From an uncultured Nitrososphaerota archaeon (GTDB lineage: Archaea > Thermoproteota > Nitrososphaeria > Nitrososphaerales > Nitrosopumilaceae): DNA of 64,000 bases. Positions 10,336-19,838 of this stretch are shown here, one piece after another (within the stretch, counting starts at the first letter, position 1; every line of letters starts with the position of its first letter). The notes beneath the pieces were generated by a model that was given only the letters and a program-made list of their open reading frames with translations, had not been told where the DNA came from and made no database searches. A program made the translations under genes and the position numbers. The DNA is taken from NCBI GenBank assembly GCA_963824385.1, contig CAWGPD010000004.1, positions 256,001-320,000 on the forward strand, written 5' to 3'.

Positions 10336-12216
10336 TCACATTCTGCTTGGAGCATCAATCCCTAAAAGCTCCAATGCCTTTCCAAGTGTTTCTTTAAATG
10401 AATGAACCAAAGAGAGTCTTGAGTTAATCAACGAGTCAGATTCTGCCCCAAGTACTTTGACGTGTTCATAGAACGTATTGAATGAGACTGCAAGTTGATA
10501 ACAATATTTTGCAATTACTTTGGGGGATAGATTCTTTGCCGCATCTTCTACTTGCAAATCAAACTTGCCAATGGCTTTTACCAAGTCTTTCTCATAGACT
10601 GTCTGCATTTCATCAAGATTTGCTTCAAACATAGGATCCCTTCCTGCTTTTTCTAAAATTCTCATTGCACGAGCATATGCATACTGGATATATGGTCCAG
10701 TATCACCTTCAAGGCTTAGAGATTCAGTCATGTCAAATGTAATGATTTTGTCAAGGTCTTGCTTTATCATGGTATAACGAAGAGCACCAATTGCAACCTG
10801 TTCAGCTATCTTGACTAGAGACATTTCATCAAGTTCAGGATTTCTTTTCTTTGTCTCTTCAAATGTTCTTGAGCTTAAAACATCCAAGACATAATCTGCA
10901 CTGACATAGATTCCTTTTCTTCCAGACATTTGCACAGACTTGCCTCCAGTATCAAGATCCAAACTCTTTGCAGTATCAGGACTAAGAGTTACAGACTCGT
11001 AGCCTAGATGGATATAAGAATCCGGTTTTGATTTAAAGTCTGACATTATTTTTGTAATAATTTTTTGTAGTCTTGATTGTCTAGAATCAATGACCGTGAT
11101 CACTTTATCACCTCTGAAATTTAATTTTGTTTCCTTGTCATCAAGACTTGTCTGCCACAGTACGCGTCCTGTTTTTTGTACTGTATAATGCTTGTAGTAA
11201 AATGGGTCTTCTAAAATTCCAAGTTTCCATGCGGCATATGGAATATCTTTTGCAACATAGGTGGCAGTTCCATTACTTCGAACAAGTACCTTATCTTCCT
11301 CAGATTCAGCCTTTATCACCCAACATCCTGTGTTTTTACCTTCATTTTCCAGTGTTGTAATTCCCATTGATCTCATTTTTTCAAATACCATTGCCCATAG
11401 ATTAGAACGAATTATCTGAGATTCAAAGTTAAGACAATCATATGTAGCACCCAGACGCCAGCATGTTTTTAGTTGCTCATCAAGAACTCGTCTTGTTATT
11501 TCATCACCAAATTTAGCAATCTCTGAAGTTCCTTTTTCAAGTTCCTGGAGAACGTCGGATCTCAATTCTGCAAGATGTGTATCTGTTTCATATCTTTCGG
11601 TAATATTGACATAGACAATATCACCGCAATAATGATCAAACTTTTGTCCTTCAGGAGCCTTGTCAGAATATCCCCCATACTTGAAACCTACAATAATATC
11701 TGCAACTTGCAATCCAGAATCATCAACATAATTCAGAACACTGACATCATAGCATGCCTTCTGAAGTATTCTGGACATAGTATCACCGATGATGATATTT
11801 CTAACATGTCCTACATGGAGTGCCTTATTTGGATTTACACTAGTGTGTTCAATAACCGTCTTTGCGTTCTTGCCAAGATCTACTTTACCATAATCGGCAA
11901 GAAGAGAAGATGCAATAACTTTGGGAGTCAGCACAGAATAATTTGCAACAAAATTAAGATAGCCAGAGTCATGAGCCGATACTTCTAATACATATTTTAA
12001 AGAATTTTTTTTGTATTCGTCCGCAAGTGCTTGTGCAATATCAAACGGTCTTTTTTTAAGCGCCTTTGCCAACAAAAAGCCAATGTTGCAACTAACATCT
12101 CCAAATTCAGGCCTTGATGCTTCAGATATGTCAAACTCGGTTTCAGGATATCCAAGTCTAGCACATGTTTGCTTTACTCCCAGCCTTATTTCATCGACAA
12201 GTATTCGTAGTGTCAT
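10336..12216 (-). CDS. argS: Arginine--tRNA ligase
   Basis: EHTSVNPNKALHVGH, MSGRKG, GDTGPYIQYAYAR, C-terminal RM. Confidence 0.97.
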   Translation of the reverse strand: MTLRILVDEIRLGVKQTCARLGYPETEFDISEASRPEFGDVSCNIGFLLAKALKKRPFDIAQALADEYKKNSLKYVLEVSAHDSGYLNFVANYSVLTPKVIASSLLADYGKVDLGKNAKTVIEHTSVNPNKALHVGHVRNIIIGDTMSRILQKACYDVSVLNYVDDSGLQVADIIVGFKYGGYSDKAPEGQKFDHYCGDIVYVNITERYETDTHLAELRSDVLQELEKGTSEIAKFGDEITRRVLDEQLKTCWRLGATYDCLNFESQIIRSNLWAMVFEKMRSMGITTLENEGKNTGCWVIKAESEEDKVLVRSNGTATYVAKDIPYAAWKLGILEDPFYYKHYTVQKTGRVLWQTSLDDKETKLNFRGDKVITVIDSRQSRLQKIITKIMSDFKSKPDSYIHLGYESVTLSPDTAKSLDLDTGGKSVQMSGRKGIYVSADYVLDVLSSRTFEETKKRNPELDEMSLVKIAEQVAIGALRYTMIKQDLDKIITFDMTESLSLEGDTGPYIQYAYARAMRILEKAGRDPMFEANLDEMQTVYEKDLVKAIGKFDLQVEDAAKNLSPKVIAKYCYQLAVSFNTFYEHVKVLGAESDSLINSRLSLVHSFKETLGKALELLGIDAPSRM

Positions 12217-12927
12217 GATATCATTCCGTAAATAGTCTTTAATTGAATTGTTTCAAGTGCCTCAATAACACCGTCACCTGCATGTCCTGTAACAACAAGT
12301 GTCGCGTGAGACTTTACATTCTCAGGTGCATTTCCCAAAGACTACACTTGTGCCAGCCAATTTGAACAGTGGAACATCTGTGTCACTATCGCCTATAGCT
12401 ATAACATCCTCTTTTTTTGCCTCAAACATGTTCATCACCTCAAGAAAGCCACTTGCCTTGTTGACTCCTTTTGAGTTTATGTGATATGCATATTGACTGT
12501 CAGTTAGTTGCACATCAAAATCATTGTCTACAAAAATTTTCTTCCCCACATTTACATCAAAATTTCTTTCCAATACAACCTCGGTAACACGAGGAAAAAC
12601 TGGTTTTTCTATTGCTTCTGGAATTTTTGTCTTTAAAAATTCAAATGCCGCCATACATTCTTCTTTCTTTCCTATCATTTTGTGTTCAGTGGGGCCCGAT
12701 GTAATAATTCCACCATTTTCACCTACTGCAATTCTTGTTGTACCTCCAAATACAGACAAAACATAGGCTTCAATTGATGAACGACCAGTCACATAGATTA
12801 CTTTGTGCCCAAGTTTTACAAGATATCTAAGTGCTGCCAGTGCATCAAGGTCAACCCTGCCACCTTTGTTATCAGTTATAGTTCCATCAATGTCTACTGC
12901 AAATATTTTTGGCTTCATTAAAATCAT
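12213..12927 (-). CDS. HAD phosphoglycolate phosphatase (SPP/TA0175 type); +1 frameshift at ~12341
   Basis: DIDGT, TGR, NK, GDSDTD; corrected C-terminus ALGNAPENVKSHATLVVTGHAGDGVIEAL ends in an ATGA overlap with argS. Confidence 0.88.
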
Positions 12928-12984
12928 GTATAATGTAGGAGTTAATAACTGCTAACTAAAATAGTTTGGAATTATCAAAATCAC

Positions 12985-13221
12985 ATGACAAAAAAAGGCA
13001 TGGTCGCTGAAATTTTTAGCAGAGCATTACACAGTGACAACTCGGATCTATACTCGGTCGGATATCTAGATCTCAGAGAGATAAAAAATGTAAAACTTTC
13101 AGAATTTCTAAAATTATCTGAAAATTTTCAAGTAATACCTGCAAGTAGAATTGTATACATCAAGAAAGAAGGCATCATATTATATTCAAAGATCAAAAAC
13201 AAAAAACCCGATCAGATATAA
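12985..13221 (+). CDS. DUF504-like protein
   Basis: IPASRIVYIKKEGIILY C-terminal motif. Confidence 0.7.
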   Translation: MTKKGMVAEIFSRALHSDNSDLYSVGYLDLREIKNVKLSEFLKLSENFQVIPASRIVYIKKEGIILYSKIKNKKPDQI

Positions 13222-13256
13222 TTAGATTTTAAATTCAGTTAGCCTCTATTACAAGG

Positions 13257-13763
13257 ATGAAAACCACCCAATTTGTGCTGATTGATTTCCTAAGACCCAT
13301 ACTTGAAAATCCATTCTTTATAAAATACGGATTACTAGGATTGTTTCTTAATGCAGTATTTGCAGCCATAGTTCCCTTTCCAATTGTGGTAACATCCACT
13401 GCATTACTTTTAGAGGGTCAAAATGAGATTGCAGTATTTACAGTAATGTCAATTGGCTCTGTAATTGGAGGAATTGTCACATATTTCATAGGATATGATG
13501 GTGGAAAGATTTACAAGATTTTAAGAAAAACCCATAGTGAAGATCATCACAAAAAAAGCTTTGAATGGTTGAACAAATACGGCTGGAGTATCATCTTTGC
13601 TCTAAATTGGGTCCCAATTCTCACTGAGGTTGTAACAATAATAGCAGGTGTAAAAAAATACAGTTTCAAAAAATTTCTCATAGTTATGAGTATTGCAAGA
13701 GTAGCTTGTGCATTCACCATGGTTTACTTTGGAAACATGTTTCTACAATACATCAAAACATAG
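13257..13763 (+). CDS. DedA/VTT (YqaA-like) membrane protein
   Basis: GSVIGGIVTYFIG, WLNKYG, P...AG...F, AR motifs. Confidence 0.85.
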   Translation: MKTTQFVLIDFLRPILENPFFIKYGLLGLFLNAVFAAIVPFPIVVTSTALLLEGQNEIAVFTVMSIGSVIGGIVTYFIGYDGGKIYKILRKTHSEDHHKKSFEWLNKYGWSIIFALNWVPILTEVVTIIAGVKKYSFKKFLIVMSIARVACAFTMVYFGNMFLQYIKT

Positions 13764-13843
13764 AATTTTGAGAAAAAATTAGGCATGACCTGTAAATACA
13801 AAGTGGTAAGATTTTATTCAGCAAGATACCATCTAATCTGCAG

Positions 13844-14944
13844 ATGGGAATTCCAGAAAAAATCCAGTCAATCAAAGATGAGATGTCAAGGACTCAGATC
13901 AATAAAGCTACAGAGCATCATGTTGGTCTTCTCAAGGCAAAGCTTGCCAAGCTTAAAAGAGAACAAGAGGATGTAAAATCTAGATCATCTGGAAGTTCAG
14001 CAGGTTTTGATGTCAAGAGGACTGGTGATGCAACGGTAGTATTCATCGGTCTTCCAAGTGTTGGAAAATCAACTTTGTTAAACAGAATGACTGGTGCAAA
14101 ATCTGCAGTTGGCGCATTTCAATTTACAACAACTACAGTAGTTCCAGGAATGATGGAACATCGTGGTGCCAAGATCCAAATACTCGACTTGCCAGGAATT
14201 ATCAAAGGAGCATCAACTGGAAAAGGTCTTGGAAAAAGAGTTTTAGCTGTTGCAAAAAGTGCAGATCTTGTATTAATCATTCTGGATGTATTCCAACCAT
14301 ACCTTGAAGATGTTATTAGAACAGAACTTGGAAACATAGGAATTCGACTTGATCAAAAACCTCCAGATATAGTGGTAGAAAAAACAGGTGATGGGGGAAT
14401 ATCGGTTAGTCAGCAAGTTCCTCTTACAAAAATGTCCATTAGTTTGATGAAAGATATCCTTAGACTCTATGGCATGAATAACGGTAGAGTGCTTGTTCGA
14501 GAGGATGTTGATGCAGACCAACTTACGGATTTTATTTCTGGCAACAAGTTTTACGTAGACTCGCTTACAATAATGAACAAAATTGATCTTGTAAATCAAG
14601 GTTTTGTATTGGAATTACAAGAAAAATCAAAAACAAAATTCATACCAATATCGGCAGACTCAGACATAAACGTAAACGCATTAAAAGATGCCATTTTTGA
14701 AAAATTAGACTTTATTAGAATTTACATGAGGCCAAAAGGTGGTGAGACAGATTTCAAAGAACCTTTGATAGCAAGAAGAAATTCCACTGTTTTAGATATA
14801 TGTAATAAGCTTCATCGTGATCTAAAAAAAGATTTCAGATATGGTTTAGTGTGGGGAAAGAGTGTAAAGTTTGGCGGTCAGCGAGTTAGCATCAATCATG
14901 TATTACAAGATGAAGACGTACTTACAATAATAAAAGCTAAATAG
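13844..14944 (+). CDS. DRG/Obg-family GTPase with TGS domain
   Basis: TQINKATEHH, GLPSVGKS, FTT, DLPG, NKID, C-terminal TGS. Confidence 0.95.
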   Translation: MGIPEKIQSIKDEMSRTQINKATEHHVGLLKAKLAKLKREQEDVKSRSSGSSAGFDVKRTGDATVVFIGLPSVGKSTLLNRMTGAKSAVGAFQFTTTTVVPGMMEHRGAKIQILDLPGIIKGASTGKGLGKRVLAVAKSADLVLIILDVFQPYLEDVIRTELGNIGIRLDQKPPDIVVEKTGDGGISVSQQVPLTKMSISLMKDILRLYGMNNGRVLVREDVDADQLTDFISGNKFYVDSLTIMNKIDLVNQGFVLELQEKSKTKFIPISADSDINVNALKDAIFEKLDFIRIYMRPKGGETDFKEPLIARRNSTVLDICNKLHRDLKKDFRYGLVWGKSVKFGGQRVSINHVLQDEDVLTIIKAK

Positions 14945-15226
14945 AAAAAACTTTTTCAAACAAGAAAATTTGTACAGCATGACAATCTAGATTTTATACA
15001 ACACAAGATGTGTTACATAAAATATTTTTGTGTCGTACATCCACCTACAAAAACAAGTTACAAGAGTGTAACAGATGGTCATCGATGTAATTAATTGACA
15101 ATCATTTTACAAGATCATGATCAAAAATTTAATTTTGCAAAAAAAATTGTGCATATATTACTCATCATTTAGTGTAATTTTCTTAAGCGTCACCATAGAA
15201 AAACTAGTAAATTCAACAAATTAGCA

Positions 15227-15442
15227 ATGGCAAAACGATCAACAAGAGCTGTTAAAAGAAGATCTGCTCCAAAGAAAAGATCTGCACCAAAGCGATCCGC
15301 TCCAAAGAGAAGATCAGCTCCAAAGCGTAGTGCTCCAAAGAGAAGATCAGCTCCAAAGCGATCCGCTCCAAAGAGAAGATCAGCTGCAAGAAAACCAGCT
15401 GCACGAAAAGCTAAGAGAACAGCTTCAAGAAGAAGAAGATAA
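15227..15442 (+). CDS. Highly basic H1/protamine-like repeat protein
   Basis: 71 aa, 34 Arg+Lys, no acidic residues, 7x RSAPK with synonymous codon variation between copies; followed by a strong hairpin. Confidence 0.75.
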   Translation: MAKRSTRAVKRRSAPKKRSAPKRSAPKRRSAPKRSAPKRRSAPKRSAPKRRSAARKPAARKAKRTASRRRR

Positions 15443-15450
15443 AATTTTAA

Positions 15451-15484
15451 ACGGATTATCGTCTCATAGTAGGCGATAATCTGT
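15451..15484. terminator. 14-bp stem-loop between convergent genes
   Basis: ACGGATTATCGTCT-CATAGT-AGGCGATAATCTGT (two G-T pairs). Confidence 0.55.
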
Positions 15485-15490
15485 AATATT

Positions 15491-15775
15491 TTAGCTAAAC
15501 ATTTGACCTGGCGGAGATGTGGGCGACTTGCCTTTGACTGCATCAGGTTCTACGAAAAATTTTCTTTCATTAGGAATCAAAGACAGCTTAAGCGATGCAT
15601 TTACTGCATAATGGGGCGTGCCATCAGGATTCTTATAATTTAGTGCAATTCCCACCCTGTCAAGATCAACTTTTACTTTAACTATTGTGCCATCTTCAAG
15701 CTTGAAAGTGACATGTTCATCTCCCACTCGCGTATGTTCCAACATTTTGAATTCTATCTTGTCTTTTGTGCTCAT
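15491..15775 (-). CDS. Hypothetical protein
   Basis: 94 aa; FKLEDGTIVKVK...NPDGTPHY pattern seen in small conserved hypothetical proteins. Confidence 0.65.
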   Translation of the reverse strand: MSTKDKIEFKMLEHTRVGDEHVTFKLEDGTIVKVKVDLDRVGIALNYKNPDGTPHYAVNASLKLSLIPNERKFFVEPDAVKGKSPTSPPGQMFS

Positions 15776-16090
15776 ACCAATTGGAACCAGCCTGAGTTAT
15801 TTGAAGTAAACGCAATAGAACACGAGCGATAAAATAAAGTCTAATTTTTAAAATATATGAAAACTTTATGATACATATAATCAATCACAAGTAAATTCTA
15901 AAACATGCCAATAGAAAAAGATGTTAGACTATATCGACGATCTGTGGATTCTTTATGACATTACAATTACAAAGAAAATTACCTGTGAGATATTTTACAT
16001 TTACATCTTGAACTTGATGACGTAGAAAATATTTGATGCCATAATTGAAATTACATCCATTGTAGACGAAATAAAAAATCTAAAACTGAA

Positions 16091-17725
16091 TCAGTAAAGG
16101 AAGCTCATCAGTTTTATTTGCTGTTCAGTTGTGAGCACATTTTTGGAAGTTAACACTTCAAGCAATTGCGTTATCAATGCACGCTCTTGTTCTGAGAATC
16201 CAGTTGGACCCTTGTCACCTGGTGGACCTGGTGGACCTCTTGGACCTTGTTCTCCAGGAACACCCTGTTGTCCTTGTGGGCCTTGCTGACCTTTATCACC
16301 CAGTGGACCGGTAGCACCAGTCAATCCCTTGTCACCTTGAGGACCTTGTACGCCTTGCGGACCCTTGTCTCCAGATAGTCCTTGAGGACCTAGTGGACCA
16401 GCTGGACCTGGAACTCCTTGAATTCCCGGAGGACCCTTATCACCAGGTACGCCTTGCGGACCAGTAGTACCCTTTTCACCTTGAGGACCTTGAATTCCCT
16501 GAGGGCCGGGTGGACCTTGTGGACCTGGAGTACCTCGCGGACCTTGATCACCACTTGGTCCAGGTAGTCCCCTTGGACCTTTGTCTCCTTGAGGACCTGG
16601 AATTCCAGTAAGACCTTTTTCTCCAGCAGGACCTTGAGGACCTTGGGGACCTTTCTCACCTGGTGGACCTTGAGGACCTGTTAATCCCTTTTCACCCTGT
16701 GGACCTTGTGGTCCTGGCAGTCCCTTGTCTCCAATTATTCCAAGCGGACCTTTTTCTCCTTGAGGACCAAGAGGTCCAATAATTCCTTTATCACCAGGTG
16801 GACCAGGAGGACCAGTTGGTCCCTTTTCACCAAGTGGGCCAAGTTCTCCGGTTAATCCTTTATCGCCCTTGTCACCCTTGTCACCCTTGTCACCTTTTTC
16901 CCCTTTTTCTCCTTCATCACCTCGAGGACCTTTATCTCCTTGAGGACCTTTATCGCCAGTAATTCCTTTATCTCCAATTGGTCCCTTGTCGCCCCTATCG
17001 CCCTTGTCTCCTTGTGTACCTTGTGGGCCTTTTTCTCCTTGCGGACCTGGAGGACCAAGTGGACCTTTATCGCCAGTAATTCCTTTATCTCCCATCGGTC
17101 CCTTGTCTCCTCTATCACCCTTGTCACCTGGTGGACCTGGTGGACCTTTGTCTCCCTTGTCACCTGGGGGACCTGGTGGACCTTTGTCTCCTTGTACTCC
17201 CATAGGTCCAGGAGGACCAGATACCCCGGGTTGTCCCATTGGCCCTGGTTGTCCCATTGGCCCTGGAGGACCTGTGGGTCCTGATGGACCTCTTGACCCA
17301 CGGTCGGCGGAATACTGTTCTGTTACAGTTTTTGAAGTTCGAGTCTCTGGTTCTGATTTTGTATAACGAGTTACAATATCTGATTCAGGCTGCGAGGCAG
17401 TATGTCCCAAACCAGTTCTTGGAACATTAATTTGAAAACTAGTATGAATGGAAGAGAATTGATCAATTACAACAATCCAAACAGTTCCTCTTTGAAATAT
17501 AGAATCAGGCAAAGGATTTTTTGTAGAACCAAGAGTTTGTGAGAATCGCTTGTCTCTTACTCTAAGATGAAAATTGTCCTTCCATAGCGAATGAAATCTT
17601 TTTTGTTTAATTTCGTCTGATGATGGCGGACTATCACAAATTGCAATCTGTACTTCAAATACACCAGATGATAGAGCAAAGGGCGATTCGCCAGATATCT
17701 CAATTGTGTTATCTTTAGATGACAT
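16091..17725 (-). CDS. Collagen-like protein
   Basis: Uninterrupted Gly-X-Y run flanked by a ~140-aa N-terminal region and a short helical C-terminal domain. Confidence 0.92.
   Translation of the reverse strand: MSSKDNTIEISGESPFALSSGVFEVQIAICDSPPSSDEIKQKRFHSLWKDNFHLRVRDKRFSQTLGSTKNPLPDSIFQRGTVWIVVIDQFSSIHTSFQINVPRTGLGHTASQPESDIVTRYTKSEPETRTSKTVTEQYSADRGSRGPSGPTGPPGPMGQPGPMGQPGVSGPPGPMGVQGDKGPPGPPGDKGDKGPPGPPGDKGDRGDKGPMGDKGITGDKGPLGPPGPQGEKGPQGTQGDKGDRGDKGPIGDKGITGDKGPQGDKGPRGDEGEKGEKGDKGDKGDKGDKGLTGELGPLGEKGPTGPPGPPGDKGIIGPLGPQGEKGPLGIIGDKGLPGPQGPQGEKGLTGPQGPPGEKGPQGPQGPAGEKGLTGIPGPQGDKGPRGLPGPSGDQGPRGTPGPQGPPGPQGIQGPQGEKGTTGPQGVPGDKGPPGIQGVPGPAGPLGPQGLSGDKGPQGVQGPQGDKGLTGATGPLGDKGQQGPQGQQGVPGEQGPRGPPGPPGDKGPTGFSEQERALITQLLEVLTSKNVLTTEQQIKLMSFLY
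16193..17299 (-). repeat. 9-bp-periodic Gly-X-Y repeat, 123 triplets
   Basis: 1107 nt from GSR to GFS; dominated by [12 protein letters not shown]. Confidence 0.9.
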
Positions 17726-17874
17726 ATTCTACGTGTAATTCCTAAGTATTTTTGTATTTTCAATATGATATAAAGCCCATTTGTGAATTTTTAGATACTG
17801 AGAAATCGGTTTTCTACCTGCCTAACAGGCTGTTTTCAAACTAATGTATTTATCTACGATAAACCCATATTTTC

Positions 17875-19026
17875 ATGACCATGAGGAAATTATTTGGAGA
17901 TAAAAAGGAAGAATCCAGTACAGAGATAAGGAAAGTAGGGTCAGAATTAACCAAAGAGTCAGACGATTCAAAACTAACAGACGCCAATTATTCTAGAAAC
18001 AAGTATTACAAGAAAGGGGTTTCGTTGATGGCAGATGAAAGAATGGATGATGCGGCACGCGCCTTTGAAGATGCATTACGAATTGATCCAGGTCATGTTG
18101 ATTCTTTACTAAAGTTAGGATACACACGTTTTCACATGAATGATTTCTCAAGTGCCACGGAGGCGTACAATAAAGTCCATGAAATCGATGTTACAAATGC
18201 AGAAGCTTGGAACTTGAAAGGTCTGATTTATTATAGACAGAAAAATTATGACAAAGCTTTAGACTGTGTAGAAAAGGCAATAGATTCCAATCCTACAGAG
18301 GGAATGTCATGGTACAACAAGGCATGCTATCATTCACTTTTAAATCACATCCCAGAATCAATTGAAGCCCTGAAACGTTCAATTGAGATTGATGTTAAAA
18401 ATGCCAAGAAGGCAGTAAAAGACAAAGATTTTGAAAACATCAGAGCTGATGAAGGATATAGAAGAATTGTCGAAGTAGTAGTATTAGAATCTGTAAGACA
18501 GGGATACCGCAAAGTTGGTCAGATTGTTTGGACTACAATGGTGGGCAAATTAGAAGTAGAAGATGCCGCAAGAAAATTAATTGAGAAAGGATTACTCGTC
18601 AAGACAGAAAGAAGTCTAGGATTACAAAAGGTAGAAGAATATGAAATAGTTCCAGAGCTTGCAGACAAGATTGGTGTGGAAAAGAAAGGTCTCTTTGGAG
18701 TTGCAAGAAAATCACAACCAATCGTCATACAAAATCTCAAAGAGATAAGCGAAGCTGTACATGCAGCAAAGGCCGCAATTGAAAAAGGAGATGTAAAAGA
18801 AATAATTTCACAATTTGACATATTCATAGACCCCTCAAAGAAAGGCGGACAAATGATCGAATATTTCTTTGAGGAACACAGAGACATACGATTATTCAAA
18901 GCCAGACTAAACGACAAAGGTTCAGAGTACCTCGAAGGAAACAAGAAAAAGATGATTGAACTTATGGACGAAATTGAGATGATGATTACAAAGAAGCTTC
19001 GAAGTGAAGCTGCACAGAGTTCATAG
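17875..19026 (+). CDS. TPR-repeat protein with C-terminal winged-helix-like region
   Basis: EAWNLKGLIYY, SWYNKACY TPR motifs; EVEDAARKLIEKGLL. Confidence 0.85.
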   Translation: MTMRKLFGDKKEESSTEIRKVGSELTKESDDSKLTDANYSRNKYYKKGVSLMADERMDDAARAFEDALRIDPGHVDSLLKLGYTRFHMNDFSSATEAYNKVHEIDVTNAEAWNLKGLIYYRQKNYDKALDCVEKAIDSNPTEGMSWYNKACYHSLLNHIPESIEALKRSIEIDVKNAKKAVKDKDFENIRADEGYRRIVEVVVLESVRQGYRKVGQIVWTTMVGKLEVEDAARKLIEKGLLVKTERSLGLQKVEEYEIVPELADKIGVEKKGLFGVARKSQPIVIQNLKEISEAVHAAKAAIEKGDVKEIISQFDIFIDPSKKGGQMIEYFFEEHRDIRLFKARLNDKGSEYLEGNKKKMIELMDEIEMMITKKLRSEAAQSS

Positions 19027-19028
19027 AA

Positions 19029-19838
19029 TTATTCAGCAGACAGATCCCAGTAGTTTGCATCCTGTTGTTTTTCTATTGGTTTTTCAAGTGATTTCCATTC
19101 CTTAAAGGAACGTACATAGAGTTTTACGTTGTCAAGTCCAATTGATTTTAGTGCATAGTATCCAAGACCTGATAGAGTACCAACACTTCCACAGTATGTT
19201 ATTATTTCAGAATTAGAAGAGATGTTTCTATTTTGCATTAGCCTTTTTAGATCCTCCTTTGGTCTCAAAATGTTCTGACCCGATGCAAGCATTCTGTATG
19301 GAATGTTGATCGCACCTGGAATGTGCTGTTCAAGAAAGTTTAGTCTCTCTCTATTATCTACTAGAACTGCGCCCTTTTCTTTGGCAGGTACAAGATAATC
19401 TGAAGTTGCAAGAATCTGTGGCTGTAACTTTAGAGAATGGCTAGTTTTACCAGGAGAAGGAGATTCATTGTTTATTTCAAGACCAAGTTTCTTCCAAGTA
19501 CTAAAAGTAATGTCAAGTAGTGATACATCCTCATGTCCGATATATTCCAAAGTCCATGCAACTCGTGATGCAAGTGCACCAAATGTATCGTCATATACAA
19601 CAACTGAGGTCTCATCACCAATTCCAAATGATTGAGCATATTGCAGAACTTTCTCCGGACTATCATCAGCAAGCAGACTTGCTAGTGGAAGATTGATTGC
19701 ACCCGGAATGTGTCCTTGTTTGTAATCCTCCTCTTTTCTTATATCTAAAACTTTGACACTCTTGTCTCTTATCTCAGATCTGAGATTATCGGCATCAATT
19801 GTAACTCTGGTAGTTTTTTCCTTGCTCAAGCTGCACAC
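19029..19838 (-). CDS. Tandem-domain rhodanese/sulfurtransferase
   Basis: HIPGAIN twice, VVVYDD, active-site loop YCGSVGT; overlaps the sulfite reductase stop. Confidence 0.9.
   Translation of the reverse strand: MCSLSKEKTTRVTIDADNLRSEIRDKSVKVLDIRKEEDYKQGHIPGAINLPLASLLADDSPEKVLQYAQSFGIGDETSVVVYDDTFGALASRVAWTLEYIGHEDVSLLDITFSTWKKLGLEINNESPSPGKTSHSLKLQPQILATSDYLVPAKEKGAVLVDNRERLNFLEQHIPGAINIPYRMLASGQNILRPKEDLKRLMQNRNISSNSEIITYCGSVGTLSGLGYYALKSIGLDNVKLYVRSFKEWKSLEKPIEKQQDANYWDLSAE

Noticed and set aside
15190..15543. Antisense 117-aa ORF with GADLLF/GADRF repeats
   Set aside because: Mirror of the RSAPK gene; it runs through the hairpin and overlaps the neighbouring gene
16193..17430. Repetitive DNA as a CRISPR array, and the alternative-frame ORFs over it
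   Set aside because: The 9-bp periodicity is explained by Gly-X-Y codons; there are no constant repeats with unique spacers; the other ORFs are shadows of the repeat
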